64,000 bases of DNA, taken from the NCBI RefSeq assembly GCF_003334305.1, contig NZ_QOWS01000014.1. One strand, 5' to 3'. The notes under the pieces are model-generated. The model did no database searches, was not told the DNA's origin, and worked only from the letters and a program-made list of their open reading frames with translations. Numbering within the stretch: position 1 is the stretch's first letter; each line of letters opens with the position of its first letter. Origin of the DNA: Escherichia coli. GTDB taxonomy: Bacteria > Pseudomonadota > Gammaproteobacteria > Enterobacterales > Enterobacteriaceae. Below, in pieces: positions 1 through 12,119 of the stretch. The position numbers were made by a program, and so were the translations under genes.

Positions 1-4
1 TGTC

Positions 5-565
5 TCAAAACTGAAAGCGCATCCAGGCAAAGTACACATTGCCATTGTTGTAGGTACCCGGAATGTAGGTCATCTGAAAAGTCACTGGGCCATAACCCAC
101 GGAGGCCAATGGCAGTAGAACCGGGAGAGGGATGTAATTCCAGTTATCGCGTGCCGTTACGCCAGCGGTGAATCCCAGACCTAAATGAAAATTTTCATCC
201 GCCAGCGGTCGCCAGGTACTTTCCCATCCGTATCCGGCAATCGGTTCCCATTTGTTCCACGAGTCCTTAAATGCCATGGCATACAGGCCATGCCAGTTTC
301 CTTTTTCATCCCAACGCGACAGGCCAAAACCGCCACCCCACGGTCGCTCGTTATAGCGATCGGTTTTTTCTTTGTCGTAAGCGAAACGTGCATGCCAGGT
401 GATGGCAGGAATATATAAATCATAATGTTCAGGCTGTTGCCAGGTTTGTGCAATATTTTCTCTAAACGTTGTCATCCACTCATCTGCGTTAGCAAAAACT
501 TTACCAACGCTGATTAACTGAATAAAAACAAAGGAAAAGATAGCGACATATTTACTCACGTTCAT
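5..565 (-). CDS. pagP: lipid A palmitoyltransferase PagP
   Basis: ORF 5..589 (-); protein [12 protein letters not shown]...FAWMRFQF recognised as PagP; start trimmed to the ATG giving MNVSKY (the ORF-track start is an upstream TTG). Confidence 0.9.
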   Translation of the reverse strand: MNVSKYVAIFSFVFIQLISVGKVFANADEWMTTFRENIAQTWQQPEHYDLYIPAITWHARFAYDKEKTDRYNERPWGGGFGLSRWDEKGNWHGLYAMAFKDSWNKWEPIAGYGWESTWRPLADENFHLGLGFTAGVTARDNWNYIPLPVLLPLASVGYGPVTFQMTYIPGTYNNGNVYFAWMRFQF

Positions 566-1153
566 TTGTGACCATAAAACATTTATCAAAAATCTACTAC
601 TAGCATAGCAAAGCTACAATTAACATAACCTTAATAGACCCAACATAAAGAATAATCTGAATAGCTGCTCTATTTATTTCCGCTTGTTCAAGTTAAATAT
701 TTCCGCGCATCGATTAAAGATGATGCGTCGTTTTCTGCGATGGGAATAGTCAAAAAAGAAAAACCAAGTCTTTTTTGATGACAAAATGCAATCAAGGAAA
801 AATTATTTTATTTTTTAACTAGATACAACAATCATCTTAACGAAGTATATAATATAAATCGTCAACCTATGCTCATGTTAGATTATTTTTTGAGCGCACA
901 GCCGCAGCTAACACCATTGCAATTAACAAATTTGCATCAATCCACCATCAATTTACACACATTATTATGTGATAATTGCCAACCGCTAAATATGCGTTTT
1001 GTTATCTATGTATAAAAACAGCAACTTCAATGTCTTAATGGCAGTTTTTCTTGATTTTAATCAGCATTCATCGCCAATTTATTGGGCATATTTTTTCCTT
1101 AAGCTTTAGGAATTTTTTATTATTTACTTTGGGGCCTGGAGACAGGAAAAATT

Positions 1154-2539
1154 ATGCTGACATTCATTGAACTCCTTATTGGGGTTGTGGTTATTGTGGG
1201 TGTAGCTCGCTACATCATTAAAGGGTATTCCGCCACTGGTGTGTTATTTGTCGGTGGCCTGTTATTGCTGATTATCAGTGCCATTATGGGGCACAAAGTG
1301 TTACCGTCCAGCCAGGCTTCAACAGGCTACAGCGCCACGGATATCGTTGAATACGTTAAAATATTACTAATGAGCCGCGGCGGCGACCTCGGCATGATGA
1401 TTATGATGCTGTGTGGATTTGCCGCTTACATGACCCATATCGGCGCGAATGATATGGTGGTCAAGCTGGCGTCAAAACCATTGCAGTATATTAACTCCCC
1501 TTACCTGCTGATGATTGCCGCCTATTTTGTCGCCTGTCTGATGTCTCTGGCCGTCTCTTCCGCAACCGGTCTGGGTGTTTTGCTGATGGCAACCCTATTT
1601 CCGGTGATGGTAAACGTTGGTATCAGTCGTGGCGCAGCTGCTGCCATTTGTGCCTCCCCGGCGGCGATTATTCTCGCACCGACTTCAGGGGATGTGGTGC
1701 TGGCGGCGCAAGCTTCCGAAATGTCGCTGATTGACTTCGCCTTCAAAACGACGCTGCCTATCTCAATTGCTGCAATTATCGGCATGGCGATCGCCCACTT
1801 CTTCTGGCAACGTTATCTGGATAAAAAAGAGCACATCTCTCATGAAATGTTAGATGTCAGTGAAATCACCACCACTGCTCCTGCGTTTTATGCCATTTTG
1901 CCGTTCACGCCGATCATCGGTGTACTGATTTTTGACGGTAAATGGGGTCCGCAATTACACATCATCACTATTCTGGTGATTTGTATGCTGATTGCCTCCA
2001 TTCTGGAGTTCCTCCGCAGCTTTAATACCCAGAAAGTTTTCTCTGGTCTGGAAGTGGCTTATCGCGGAATGGCAGATGCGTTTGCTAACGTGGTGATGCT
2101 GCTGGTTGCCGCTGGGGTATTCGCTCAGGGGCTTAGCACCATCGGCTTTATTCAAAGTCTGATTTCTATCGCTACCTCGTTTGGTTCGGCGAGTATCATC
2201 CTGATGCTGGTATTGGTGATTCTGACCATGCTGGCGGCAGTCACGACCGGTTCAGGCAATGCGCCGTTTTATGCGTTTGTTGAGATGATCCCGAAACTGG
2301 CGCACTCTTCCGGCATTAACCCGGCGTATTTGACTATCCCGATGCTGCAGGCGTCAAACCTGGGCCGTACCCTTTCGCCCGTTTCTGGCGTAGTCGTTGC
2401 GGTTGCCGGGATGGCGAAGATCTCGCCGTTTGAAGTCGTAAAACGCACCTCGGTACCGGTGCTTGTTGGTTTGGTGATTGTTATCGTTGCTACAGAGCTG
2501 ATGGTGCCAGGAACGGCAGCAGCGGTCACAGGCAAGTAA
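1154..2539 (+). CDS. dcuC: anaerobic C4-dicarboxylate transporter DcuC
   Basis: 461-aa polytopic membrane ORF, N-terminus MLTFIELLIGVVVIVG; length matches DcuC. Confidence 0.9.
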   Translation: MLTFIELLIGVVVIVGVARYIIKGYSATGVLFVGGLLLLIISAIMGHKVLPSSQASTGYSATDIVEYVKILLMSRGGDLGMMIMMLCGFAAYMTHIGANDMVVKLASKPLQYINSPYLLMIAAYFVACLMSLAVSSATGLGVLLMATLFPVMVNVGISRGAAAAICASPAAIILAPTSGDVVLAAQASEMSLIDFAFKTTLPISIAAIIGMAIAHFFWQRYLDKKEHISHEMLDVSEITTTAPAFYAILPFTPIIGVLIFDGKWGPQLHIITILVICMLIASILEFLRSFNTQKVFSGLEVAYRGMADAFANVVMLLVAAGVFAQGLSTIGFIQSLISIATSFGSASIILMLVLVILTMLAAVTTGSGNAPFYAFVEMIPKLAHSSGINPAYLTIPMLQASNLGRTLSPVSGVVVAVAGMAKISPFEVVKRTSVPVLVGLVIVIVATELMVPGTAAAVTGK

Positions 2540-2579
2540 ATAGTAATGCCGGAGGCAAGTTTCCTCCGGCTTTATCATG

Positions 2580-3260
2580 TCACCCACTGTGGTATATGCG
2601 TTGCGGTCTGCCAACTTTGCCGTGAACAATTTCAGCAATAATCAGATGGCGGCTGGCGCAATATTCAAGATAACGCCTGGCAGTGGTGCGACTGATGGTC
2701 AGTGCCTGCGCCACCGTTTCTGCCGTATGTTGCACACCAGGCTCTTTAAACAGTTTTCGCACCGCGTTTAGCGTCAAGGGATCAATGCCAGTCGGCAGTT
2801 CGTCTTTAGGTTCACCGCGAGCATAGGCATTAAACATCTCATCAATTTGCTTCTGGCTGGCGCTATCAATACTTTCCAGCATATGTTTACGCTGGCGGAA
2901 ACGGGTTAGCGTTTGCCCCAGCCGTTCATAGGCAATGGGCTTAATGAGATAATCAAATACACCACAACGTACGGCTTCAGACACCGTTTCCATATCGCTG
3001 GCTGCAGTGGTAAACACCACGTCGCCGGGATAATGCGCCTGCACCAGTTCATGCAATAAATTAATCCCTCTGCCGTCAGGAAGATAGTTATCGAGCAAGA
3101 TTAGCCCCGGCTTAAAACGCTCGATCATCATTCGGGCCTGCGCCAGGTTTCCCGCCAGTAATATCTGACTGAATCCGGGAATGTGACGAATATATTCCGC
3201 ATGCATCTCTGCCAGCGGCGTTTCGTCCTCAACGATCAATAGGGTTAATGGAGCTGTCAT
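2580..3260 (-). CDS. dpiA: two-component response regulator DpiA (CitB)
   Basis: 226-aa ORF, receiver domain (LIVEDE) plus C-terminal HTH; overlaps dpiB 3' end by 32 bp. Confidence 0.9.
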   Translation of the reverse strand: MTAPLTLLIVEDETPLAEMHAEYIRHIPGFSQILLAGNLAQARMMIERFKPGLILLDNYLPDGRGINLLHELVQAHYPGDVVFTTAASDMETVSEAVRCGVFDYLIKPIAYERLGQTLTRFRQRKHMLESIDSASQKQIDEMFNAYARGEPKDELPTGIDPLTLNAVRKLFKEPGVQHTAETVAQALTISRTTARRYLEYCASRHLIIAEIVHGKVGRPQRIYHSG

Positions 3261-4887
3261 TAGGTTTCACTTTCGGAATATAGATTGAAAACAAGGTACC
3301 GCAGGGATCATTATCTTCGAGAGTGATAACACCACCGCAGCGCGTTACGTAGCTGGCAATCAAGTACAACCCAATGCCATGTTCACCGGGCTCGTCAGCA
3401 CGCGTACTGACCCCCTGCTCAAATATTTTGTCTCGTAGAGACTCTGGAACGCCGCAGCCCTGATCGGCGACTTCAATCACCACATCATCGCCTTCATCGC
3501 TGAGGAATAATTCAACGATCTTGTTTCCTTCATCGCTACGCAGGCTGGCTTCGAAGGCGTTATCAAGTAAATTGCCCACAATGGCTGCAAACTCGGTGCT
3601 ATCCAGTCCTGGCGGCAGTTGCGAAAGCTGGCTACCGGGGACAATGATCATTTTTAGCCCCAGTTCCCGGGCGCGCTGCACTTTACCAAAAAGCAGCCCC
3701 GCCACCTGGCGATCGGCAAACGCCTCACGCAGGCTGTCAATAAGCTGTTGCTGGGCCTGAGACTCCCCCTGCACCATCGCCAGCACGCGATCATACTCTT
3801 TCATCTGCAACAGACCATTGAGCGTCGACATCCAATTGAGATGCTCGTGTCGCAATGTACGAAGGCTCTCGACGTATTGTTTTATTTGCGTCAGTTGCGC
3901 ATTGAGGGTGGAAATTTCGTCTTTACTACGAAAGCTGATAATGGCCCCCAGCAAATCATCACCTGAACGAATAGCTTCCCGATTGGCAATAACGCTCAGA
4001 CCGTTAAAGTTAGCCACCACATCCTGACGTTTTTCATCAATCTGTTCGGTAAAGAAATCGGCGGGCCTGACCACTTCAGCAATGGGTTTACCCAACCATT
4101 GCCGTCCGGGAGAGCTCAGCCCCAGCATCTTTCTTGCGTTACGATTGATGGCGGTAATGTAACCATGCGGATCCACCGCAATCAGCCCTTCATAAACCGA
4201 ACTAAACAGCGCCTCTTGCTGACGGACCACGCGTGCGATTTGCTTTGGCTCCATGCCCATCATTTGCCGACGGATATGCGCTGCCAGGAACCACGACAGC
4301 AACATCAGAATCCCTAACAGCACGACAAACACGCCTGCCATCGGTAATAAAAACTCAGCCCGCCAGCTATCGATTTTACTCACCAGGTAGCCAATCGACA
4401 CCACGCCGATGACTTTTCCATCGTCATCAAAGATTGGCGTTTTGGCGCGCATCGCCATCCCCATTGACCCTTTCCCGGTAATGAAGTAGCTCTCCCCTTT
4501 CTCCAGCGCGCCCTGTTTGGTGAACTGCATAGGATAACCAATTTTCTCCGGATTAGGATGGTAAAGGCGGATCGAGTGCCGGTCCCCAATCACCACATAA
4601 TCAAAATCGGTATCTCTTTGTAATTTGTTAGCGATGGTCGCCAGCCGTTTGTAGTCACGCGTTTTCACCGCAGAGATGACACTGTCATTGGAGGCAATAA
4701 TTTTCGCCTGATTCATTGCCATGTCGCGTACATGAAGCGTTAAATAGTCCTCAAAACTGGCCGTAAAATATTGCGCCAGGGCTGCAATGACAAATATTGA
4801 GAACACCAGAATCAGCAAAAAGATACGCAGCGGAAATGCCAGTCTTTGGAAAAATGCAAACTGTTTATTCTCGTTAAGCTGCAACAT
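3229..4887 (-). CDS. dpiB: sensor histidine kinase DpiB (CitA), citrate sensing
   Basis: ORF 3229..4947 (-); start trimmed to the ATG giving MLQLNENKQFAFF (552 aa); two TM segments, PAS-like periplasmic domain, HATPase C-terminus. Confidence 0.88.
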   Translation of the reverse strand: MLQLNENKQFAFFQRLAFPLRIFLLILVFSIFVIAALAQYFTASFEDYLTLHVRDMAMNQAKIIASNDSVISAVKTRDYKRLATIANKLQRDTDFDYVVIGDRHSIRLYHPNPEKIGYPMQFTKQGALEKGESYFITGKGSMGMAMRAKTPIFDDDGKVIGVVSIGYLVSKIDSWRAEFLLPMAGVFVVLLGILMLLSWFLAAHIRRQMMGMEPKQIARVVRQQEALFSSVYEGLIAVDPHGYITAINRNARKMLGLSSPGRQWLGKPIAEVVRPADFFTEQIDEKRQDVVANFNGLSVIANREAIRSGDDLLGAIISFRSKDEISTLNAQLTQIKQYVESLRTLRHEHLNWMSTLNGLLQMKEYDRVLAMVQGESQAQQQLIDSLREAFADRQVAGLLFGKVQRARELGLKMIIVPGSQLSQLPPGLDSTEFAAIVGNLLDNAFEASLRSDEGNKIVELFLSDEGDDVVIEVADQGCGVPESLRDKIFEQGVSTRADEPGEHGIGLYLIASYVTRCGGVITLEDNDPCGTLFSIYIPKVKPNDSSINPIDR

Positions 4888-5266
4888 TGTTTTCCTTGCG
4901 GGTTGTCCCGAGCCTCTTTGACGGATGTAATTAAAATGTTGAATCAAAATACATAGATATTAATTATGATCGTGGCAAATTTTATTCATTAAATCAATTA
5001 AATCACTTAAACCTGCTGGTCATTTCGTAATTACATTAATTAAAAAACTTAAAACCATTAAATAAATAAAAAACCACTAACTCTATGTGAAATAAATCAA
5101 AATTTCACGCCGAAATACTCCTTAGGATGTATAGCGAAAGGAGAAAAAGATATACCTCGATCACCCCCCTTTCTCCCAAGTGAAAATAAAAGGTTATCAG
5201 TTTGCAACATTGAACAACATTCGTTGCAAATCGATAACAACATGCACCTTCAGGATACTATTTATT

Positions 5267-6325
5267 ATGTTCGGCAATGATATTTTCACCCGCGTAAAAC
5301 GTTCAGAAAATAAAAAAATGGCGGAAATCGCCCAATTCCTGCATGAAAATGATTTGAGCGTTGACACCACAGTCGAAGTATTTATTACCGTAACCCGCGA
5401 TGAAAAGCTTATCGCGTGCGGTGGAATTGCCGGAAATATTATTAAATGCGTTGCTATCAGTGAATCCGTTCGCGGTGAAGGACTGGCGCTGACATTAGCC
5501 ACTGAACTGATAAACCTCGCCTATGAGCGGCACAGCACGCATCTGTTTATTTATACCAAAACCGAATACGAGGCGCTGTTCCGCCAGTGCGGTTTTTCCA
5601 CGCTGACCAGCGTACCCGGCGTGATGGTGCTGATGGAAAACAGCGCCACGCGGCTGAAACGCTATGCCGAATCGCTGAAAAAATTTCGTCATCCAGGGAA
5701 CAAGATTGGCTGCATTGTGATGAACGCCAATCCCTTCACGAATGGTCACCGTTATCTGATTCAACAAGCTGCGGCACAGTGCAACTGGTTGCATCTGTTT
5801 TTAGTCAAAGAAGATTCTTCACGCTTCCCCTATGAAGACCGGTTGGATCTGGTGTTAAAAGGCACCGCCGATATTCCACGCCTGACTGTGCATCGCGGCT
5901 CCGAATACATCATCTCCCGCGCTACGTTCCCTTGCTACTTCATTAAAGAACAGAGCGTCATTAACCATTGTTACACCGAAATTGATCTGAAGATTTTCCG
6001 TCAGTACCTCGCTCCCGCGCTGGGTGTAACTCACCGCTTTGTCGGTACTGAACCCTTTTGTCGCGTTACCGCCCAGTACAACCAGGATATGCGCTACTGG
6101 CTGGAAACGCCGACTATCTCCGCACCGCCCATCGAACTGGTTGAAATTGAGCGGCTGCGTTACCAGGAGATGCCGATATCCGCTTCCCGGGTACGTCAAC
6201 TGCTGGCGAAAAACGATCTCACGGCTATCGCGCCGCTGGTCCCTGCAGTCACGCTGCATTATTTGCAGAACCTGCTTGAGCACTCCCGCCAGGACGCGGC
6301 AGCTCGTCAAAAGACCCCCGCATGA
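5267..6325 (+). CDS. citC: [citrate (pro-3S)-lyase] ligase CitC
   Basis: ORF 5180..6325; start trimmed to ATG at 5267 (MFGNDIFTRVK..., 352 aa); first gene of the citCDEFXG operon. Confidence 0.9.
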   Translation: MFGNDIFTRVKRSENKKMAEIAQFLHENDLSVDTTVEVFITVTRDEKLIACGGIAGNIIKCVAISESVRGEGLALTLATELINLAYERHSTHLFIYTKTEYEALFRQCGFSTLTSVPGVMVLMENSATRLKRYAESLKKFRHPGNKIGCIVMNANPFTNGHRYLIQQAAAQCNWLHLFLVKEDSSRFPYEDRLDLVLKGTADIPRLTVHRGSEYIISRATFPCYFIKEQSVINHCYTEIDLKIFRQYLAPALGVTHRFVGTEPFCRVTAQYNQDMRYWLETPTISAPPIELVEIERLRYQEMPISASRVRQLLAKNDLTAIAPLVPAVTLHYLQNLLEHSRQDAAARQKTPA

Positions 6326-6339
6326 GAAACAGGTGAAAA

Positions 6340-6636
6340 ATGAAAATAAACCAGCCCGCCGTTGCAGGCACCCTTGAGTCTGGGGATGTGATGATACGCA
6401 TCGCCCCACTCGATACGCAGGATATCGACCTGCAAATCAATAGCAGCGTTGAGAAACAGTTTGGCGATGCAATTCGCACCACCATTCTGGACGTTCTCGC
6501 CCGCTACAACGTGCGCGGCGTACAGCTGAATGTCGATGACAAAGGCGCACTGGACTGCATTTTACGTGCACGACTGGAAGCCCTGCTGGCACGCGCCAGC
6601 GGTATCCCGGCTCTGCCATGGGAGGATTGCCAATGA
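6340..6636 (+). CDS. citD: citrate lyase acyl carrier protein (gamma subunit) CitD
   Basis: 98-aa [27 protein letters not shown]; operon context. Confidence 0.92.
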
Positions 6637-7541
6637 TTTCCGCTTCGCTGCAACAACGTAAAACTCGCACCCGCCGCAGCATGTTGTTTGTGCCTGGTGC
6701 CAATGCCGCGATGGTCAGCAACTCCTTCATCTACCCGGCTGATGCCCTGATGTTTGACCTCGAAGACTCCGTAGCATTGCGTGAAAAAGACACCGCCCGC
6801 CGCATGGTTTACCACGCGCTGCAACATCCGCTGTATCGCGATATTGAAACCATTGTGCGTGTCAACGCGCTGGATTCCGAATGGGGTGTCAACGACCTGG
6901 AAGCCGTCGTTCGCGGTGGTGCGGACGTTGTGCGTCTGCCGAAAACCGATACCGCTCAGGATGTTCTGGATATCGAAAAAGAGATCCTGCGTATCGAAAA
7001 AGCCTGTGGTCGTGAACCCGGCAGCACCGGCCTGCTGGCGGCGATTGAATCTCCGCTGGGCATTACCCGCGCAGTGGAAATCGCTCACGCTTCCGAGCGT
7101 TTGATCGGTATCGCCCTCGGTGCAGAAGACTATGTGCGCAACCTGCGTACAGAACGCTCCCCGGAAGGAACTGAACTGCTGTTCGCACGCTGTTCCATTT
7201 TGCAGGCCGCGCGCTCTGCGGGTATTCAGGCGTTCGATACCGTCTATTCCGACGCTAACAACGAAGCCGGATTCCTGCAAGAAGCCGCCCACATCAAACA
7301 GCTGGGCTTTGACGGCAAATCGCTGATCAACCCGCGTCAGATTGATCTGTTGCACAACCTCTACGCACCAACCCAGAAAGAAGTGGATCACGCCCGCCGC
7401 GTCGTAGAAGCCGCTGAAGCCGCCGCTCGCGAAGGCCTCGGCGTGGTTTCCCTGAACGGCAAGATGGTGGACGGTCCGGTTATCGATCGCGCCCGTCTGG
7501 TGCTCTCTCGTGCAGAACTTTCCGGCATCCGCGAAGAATAA
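6633..7541 (+). CDS. citE: citrate lyase beta subunit (citryl-ACP lyase) CitE
   Basis: ORF 6618..7541; ATG at 6633 overlaps the citD stop (ATGA); GGAGG RBS upstream; [22 protein letters not shown]. Confidence 0.9.
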
Positions 7542-7551
7542 GGCAATCAAA

Positions 7552-9084
7552 ATGACGCAGAAAATTGAACAATCTCAACGACAAGAACGGGTAGCGGCCT
7601 GGAATCGTCGCGCTGAATGCGATCTTGCCGCTTTCCAGAACTCGCCAAAGCAAACCTACCAGGCTGAAAAAGCGCGCGATCGCAAACTGTGCGCCAACCT
7701 GGAAGAAGCGATTCGTCGCTCTGGTTTACAGGACGGCATGACGGTTTCCTTCCATCACGCTTTCCGTGGCGGTGACCTGACCGTCAATATGGTGATGGAC
7801 GTCATCGCGAAGATGGGCTTTAAAAACCTGACCCTGGCGTCCAGCTCCCTGAGTGATTGCCATGCGCCGTTGGTAGAACACATTCGCCAGGGCGTGGTTA
7901 CCCGCATTTATACCTCCGGCCTGCGCGGTCCACTGGCGGAAGAGATCTCCCGTGGTCTGCTGGCAGAACCGGTGCAAATCCACTCTCACGGCGGTCGCGT
8001 GCATCTGGTACAGAGCGGCGAACTGAATATCGACGTGGCTTTCCTCGGCGTCCCGTCCTGCGATGAATTCGGTAATGCCAACGGCTACACCGGTAAAGCC
8101 TGCTGCGGCTCCCTCGGCTATGCAATGGTTGATGCCGACAACGCAAAGCAGGTCGTGATGCTTACCGAAGAACTGCTGCCTTATCCGCATAATCCGGCAA
8201 GCATTGAGCAAGATCAGGTTGATTTGATCGTCAAAGTTGACCGCGTTGGCGATGCTGCAAAAATCGGCGCTGGCGCGACCCGTATGACCACTAACCCGCG
8301 CGAACTGCTTATTGCCCGTAGCGCTGCGGATGTGATTGTCAACTCAGGCTACTTCAAAGAAGGTTTCTCCATGCAAACCGGCACCGGCGGCGCATCGCTG
8401 GCGGTAACCCGTTTCCTGGAAGACAAAATGCGTAGCCGCGATATTCGCGCCGACTTCGCCCTTGGCGGTATTACCGCGACGATGGTTGACCTGCACGAAA
8501 AAGGTCTGATCCGCAAACTGCTGGATGTGCAGAGCTTTGACAGCCATGCTGCGCAATCGCTGGCCCGTAACCCCAATCACATCGAAATCAGCGCCAACCA
8601 GTACGCTAACTGGGGTTCGAAAGGCGCATCGGTTGATCGTCTCGACGTGGTGGTACTGAGCGCGCTGGAAATTGACACCCAGTTCAACGTTAACGTGCTG
8701 ACCGGCTCTGACGGCGTACTGCGTGGTGCTTCCGGTGGTCACTGCGATACCGCGATTGCCTCTGCGCTTTCCATCATCGTCGCGCCGCTGGTACGCGGTC
8801 GTATTCCGACTCTGGTGGATAACGTGCTGACCTGCATCACCCCGGGCTCCAGTGTCGATATTCTGGTCACAGACCACGGTATCGCAGTTAACCCGGCACG
8901 TCCGGAACTGGCAGAACGTCTGCAGGAAGCGGGCATTAAAGTGGTTTCCATTGAGTGGCTGCGCGAACGTGCGCGTCTGCTGACCGGTGAACCACAGCCG
9001 ATTGAATTCACCGACCGCGTCGTTGCCGTTGTGCGTTACCGCGATGGCTCGGTGATCGATGTTGTGCATCAGGTGAAGGAATAA
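7552..9084 (+). CDS. citF: citrate lyase alpha subunit (citrate CoA-transferase) CitF
   Basis: ORF 7510..9084; start trimmed to ATG at 7552 (MTQKIEQSQRQERVAAW, 510 aa). Confidence 0.9.
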   Translation: MTQKIEQSQRQERVAAWNRRAECDLAAFQNSPKQTYQAEKARDRKLCANLEEAIRRSGLQDGMTVSFHHAFRGGDLTVNMVMDVIAKMGFKNLTLASSSLSDCHAPLVEHIRQGVVTRIYTSGLRGPLAEEISRGLLAEPVQIHSHGGRVHLVQSGELNIDVAFLGVPSCDEFGNANGYTGKACCGSLGYAMVDADNAKQVVMLTEELLPYPHNPASIEQDQVDLIVKVDRVGDAAKIGAGATRMTTNPRELLIARSAADVIVNSGYFKEGFSMQTGTGGASLAVTRFLEDKMRSRDIRADFALGGITATMVDLHEKGLIRKLLDVQSFDSHAAQSLARNPNHIEISANQYANWGSKGASVDRLDVVVLSALEIDTQFNVNVLTGSDGVLRGASGGHCDTAIASALSIIVAPLVRGRIPTLVDNVLTCITPGSSVDILVTDHGIAVNPARPELAERLQEAGIKVVSIEWLRERARLLTGEPQPIEFTDRVVAVVRYRDGSVIDVVHQVKE

Positions 9085-9087
9085 GCC

Positions 9088-10492
<1,405 letters not shown>

Positions 10493-10542
10493 TTATTTAA
10501 GCACTTGATAAATTTGAAAATATTAATTTTCGGAGAACCCGT

Positions 10543-12006
10543 ATGTCTTTAGCAAAAGATAATATATGGAAACTATTGGCCCCACTGGTGGTGATGGGTG
10601 TCATGTTTCTTATCCCTGTCCCCGACGGTATGCCACCACAGGCATGGCATTACTTCGCTGTGTTTGTGGCAATGATTGTCGGCATGATCCTCGAGCCAAT
10701 TCCGGCAACAGCGATCAGTTTTATTGCGGTTACTATTTGCGTTATTGGCAGTAATTACCTGCTCTTTGATGCCAAAGAATTAGCTGACCCAGCGTTTAAT
10801 GCGCAAAAACAGGCGCTGAAATGGGGTCTGGCTGGTTTTTCCAGCACCACGGTATGGCTGGTATTTGGCGCATTTATTTTTGCATTAGGGTATGAAGTTT
10901 CCGGGTTAGGTCGTCGCATTGCCCTTTTCCTGGTGAAATTCATGGGCAAACGCACGCTGACGTTGGGTTATGCGATTGTCATTATCGACATTCTGCTGGC
11001 ACCGTTTACACCGTCCAACACCGCGCGTACCGGGGGTACGGTTTTTCCGGTCATTAAAAACCTGCCGCCGTTGTTTAAATCATTCCCCAACGATCCGTCC
11101 GCGCGTCGTATTGGCGGCTATTTGATGTGGATGATGGTCATTAGTACCAGTCTGAGTTCGTCCATGTTTGTCACCGGTGCGGCACCAAACGTGCTGGGTC
11201 TGGAGTTCGTCAGCAAAATTGCCGGTATCCAGATTAGCTGGTTGCAGTGGTTCCTCTGCTTCCTGCCGGTTGGGGTTATCTTGCTTATCATTGCGCCGTG
11301 GCTTTCCTACGTGCTGTACAAACCGGAAATCACACACAGTGAAGAAGTGGCAACCTGGGCGGGTGATGAACTGAAAACCATGGGTGCGCTGACACGCAGA
11401 GAGTGGACACTGATTGGCCTTGTATTGCTCAGCTTAGGTTTGTGGGTTTTTGGCAGTGAAGTCATTAATGCTACTGCAGTTGGTCTGCTGGCAGTTTCGC
11501 TAATGCTGGCCCTGCACGTTGTGCCTTGGAAAGATATTACCCGCTATAACAGCGCATGGAACACGCTGGTCAACCTGGCAACTCTGGTTGTGATGGCTAA
11601 CGGCCTGACTCGTTCTGGCTTTATTGACTGGTTCGCCGGTACCATGAGTACGCACCTGGAAGGATTCTCACCAAACGCAACGGTGATTGTACTGGTTCTG
11701 GTGTTCTACTTTGCACACTACCTGTTTGCCAGCCTGTCTGCGCACACCGCAACCATGCTGCCGGTTATTCTGGCCGTCGGTAAAGGTATTCCGGGCGTAC
11801 CAATGGAACAACTGTGTATCCTGCTGGTGCTGTCTATCGGTATCATGGGCTGTCTGACGCCGTATGCAACCGGTCCTGGGGTGATTATTTACGGCTGTGG
11901 CTATGTGAAATCAAAAGATTACTGGCGTCTTGGCGCAATCTTCGGGGTGATTTACATCTCTATGTTGCTGTTGGTTGGCTGGCCGATTCTCGCCATGTGG
12001 AACTAA
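10543..12006 (+). CDS. citT: citrate:succinate antiporter CitT
   Basis: 487-aa polytopic membrane ORF MSLAKDNIWKLLAPLVVMG; downstream of citG. Confidence 0.9.
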   Translation: MSLAKDNIWKLLAPLVVMGVMFLIPVPDGMPPQAWHYFAVFVAMIVGMILEPIPATAISFIAVTICVIGSNYLLFDAKELADPAFNAQKQALKWGLAGFSSTTVWLVFGAFIFALGYEVSGLGRRIALFLVKFMGKRTLTLGYAIVIIDILLAPFTPSNTARTGGTVFPVIKNLPPLFKSFPNDPSARRIGGYLMWMMVISTSLSSSMFVTGAAPNVLGLEFVSKIAGIQISWLQWFLCFLPVGVILLIIAPWLSYVLYKPEITHSEEVATWAGDELKTMGALTRREWTLIGLVLLSLGLWVFGSEVINATAVGLLAVSLMLALHVVPWKDITRYNSAWNTLVNLATLVVMANGLTRSGFIDWFAGTMSTHLEGFSPNATVIVLVLVFYFAHYLFASLSAHTATMLPVILAVGKGIPGVPMEQLCILLVLSIGIMGCLTPYATGPGVIIYGCGYVKSKDYWRLGAIFGVIYISMLLLVGWPILAMWN

Positions 12007-12037
12007 TACGTTCGCCAAACGCTGAATAAATCATCAC

Positions 12038-12072
12038 GCCCGCCAGGTTAGCCCACCTGGCGGGCTTTTTTA
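12038..12072 (+). terminator. rho-independent terminator after citT
   Basis: GC-rich inverted repeat gcccgccaggt...acctggcgggc followed by a T-run, ~30 bp after the citT stop. Confidence 0.7.
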
Positions 12073-12119
12073 TGATTTAATAGATAGTATTCAGTGTATG
12101 TATGAGTTCCACACCCATT

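Noticed and set aside
590-1153. Looked for FNR (TTGAT-N4-ATCAA) and PhoP-box motifs in the AT-rich pagP-dcuC intergenic region
   Set aside because: Only partial half-site matches (e.g. tttgcatcaatccaccatcaa); not convincing enough to annotate without a matrix scan.
5180-5266. N-terminal extensions of track ORFs (e.g. citC from 5180, fepC from 36708, ybdF from 50185, entF from 43029, dsbG from 18416, ahpF to 17400)
   Set aside because: The ORF track starts at the most upstream possible start codon, including TTG and GTG. The recognised protein N-termini, RBS positions and overlap with upstream genes support the trimmed starts used in the features.
6504-7550. 348-aa ORF on the minus strand inside citE
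   Set aside because: Lies entirely antisense to a confidently identified gene; long antisense ORFs are common in GC-rich coding sequence. The same reasoning applies to other track ORFs such as 5855..6409 (-), 16057..16725 (+), 25736..26335 (+), 44644..45246 (-), 54942..55682 (+) and 56020..56723 (+).
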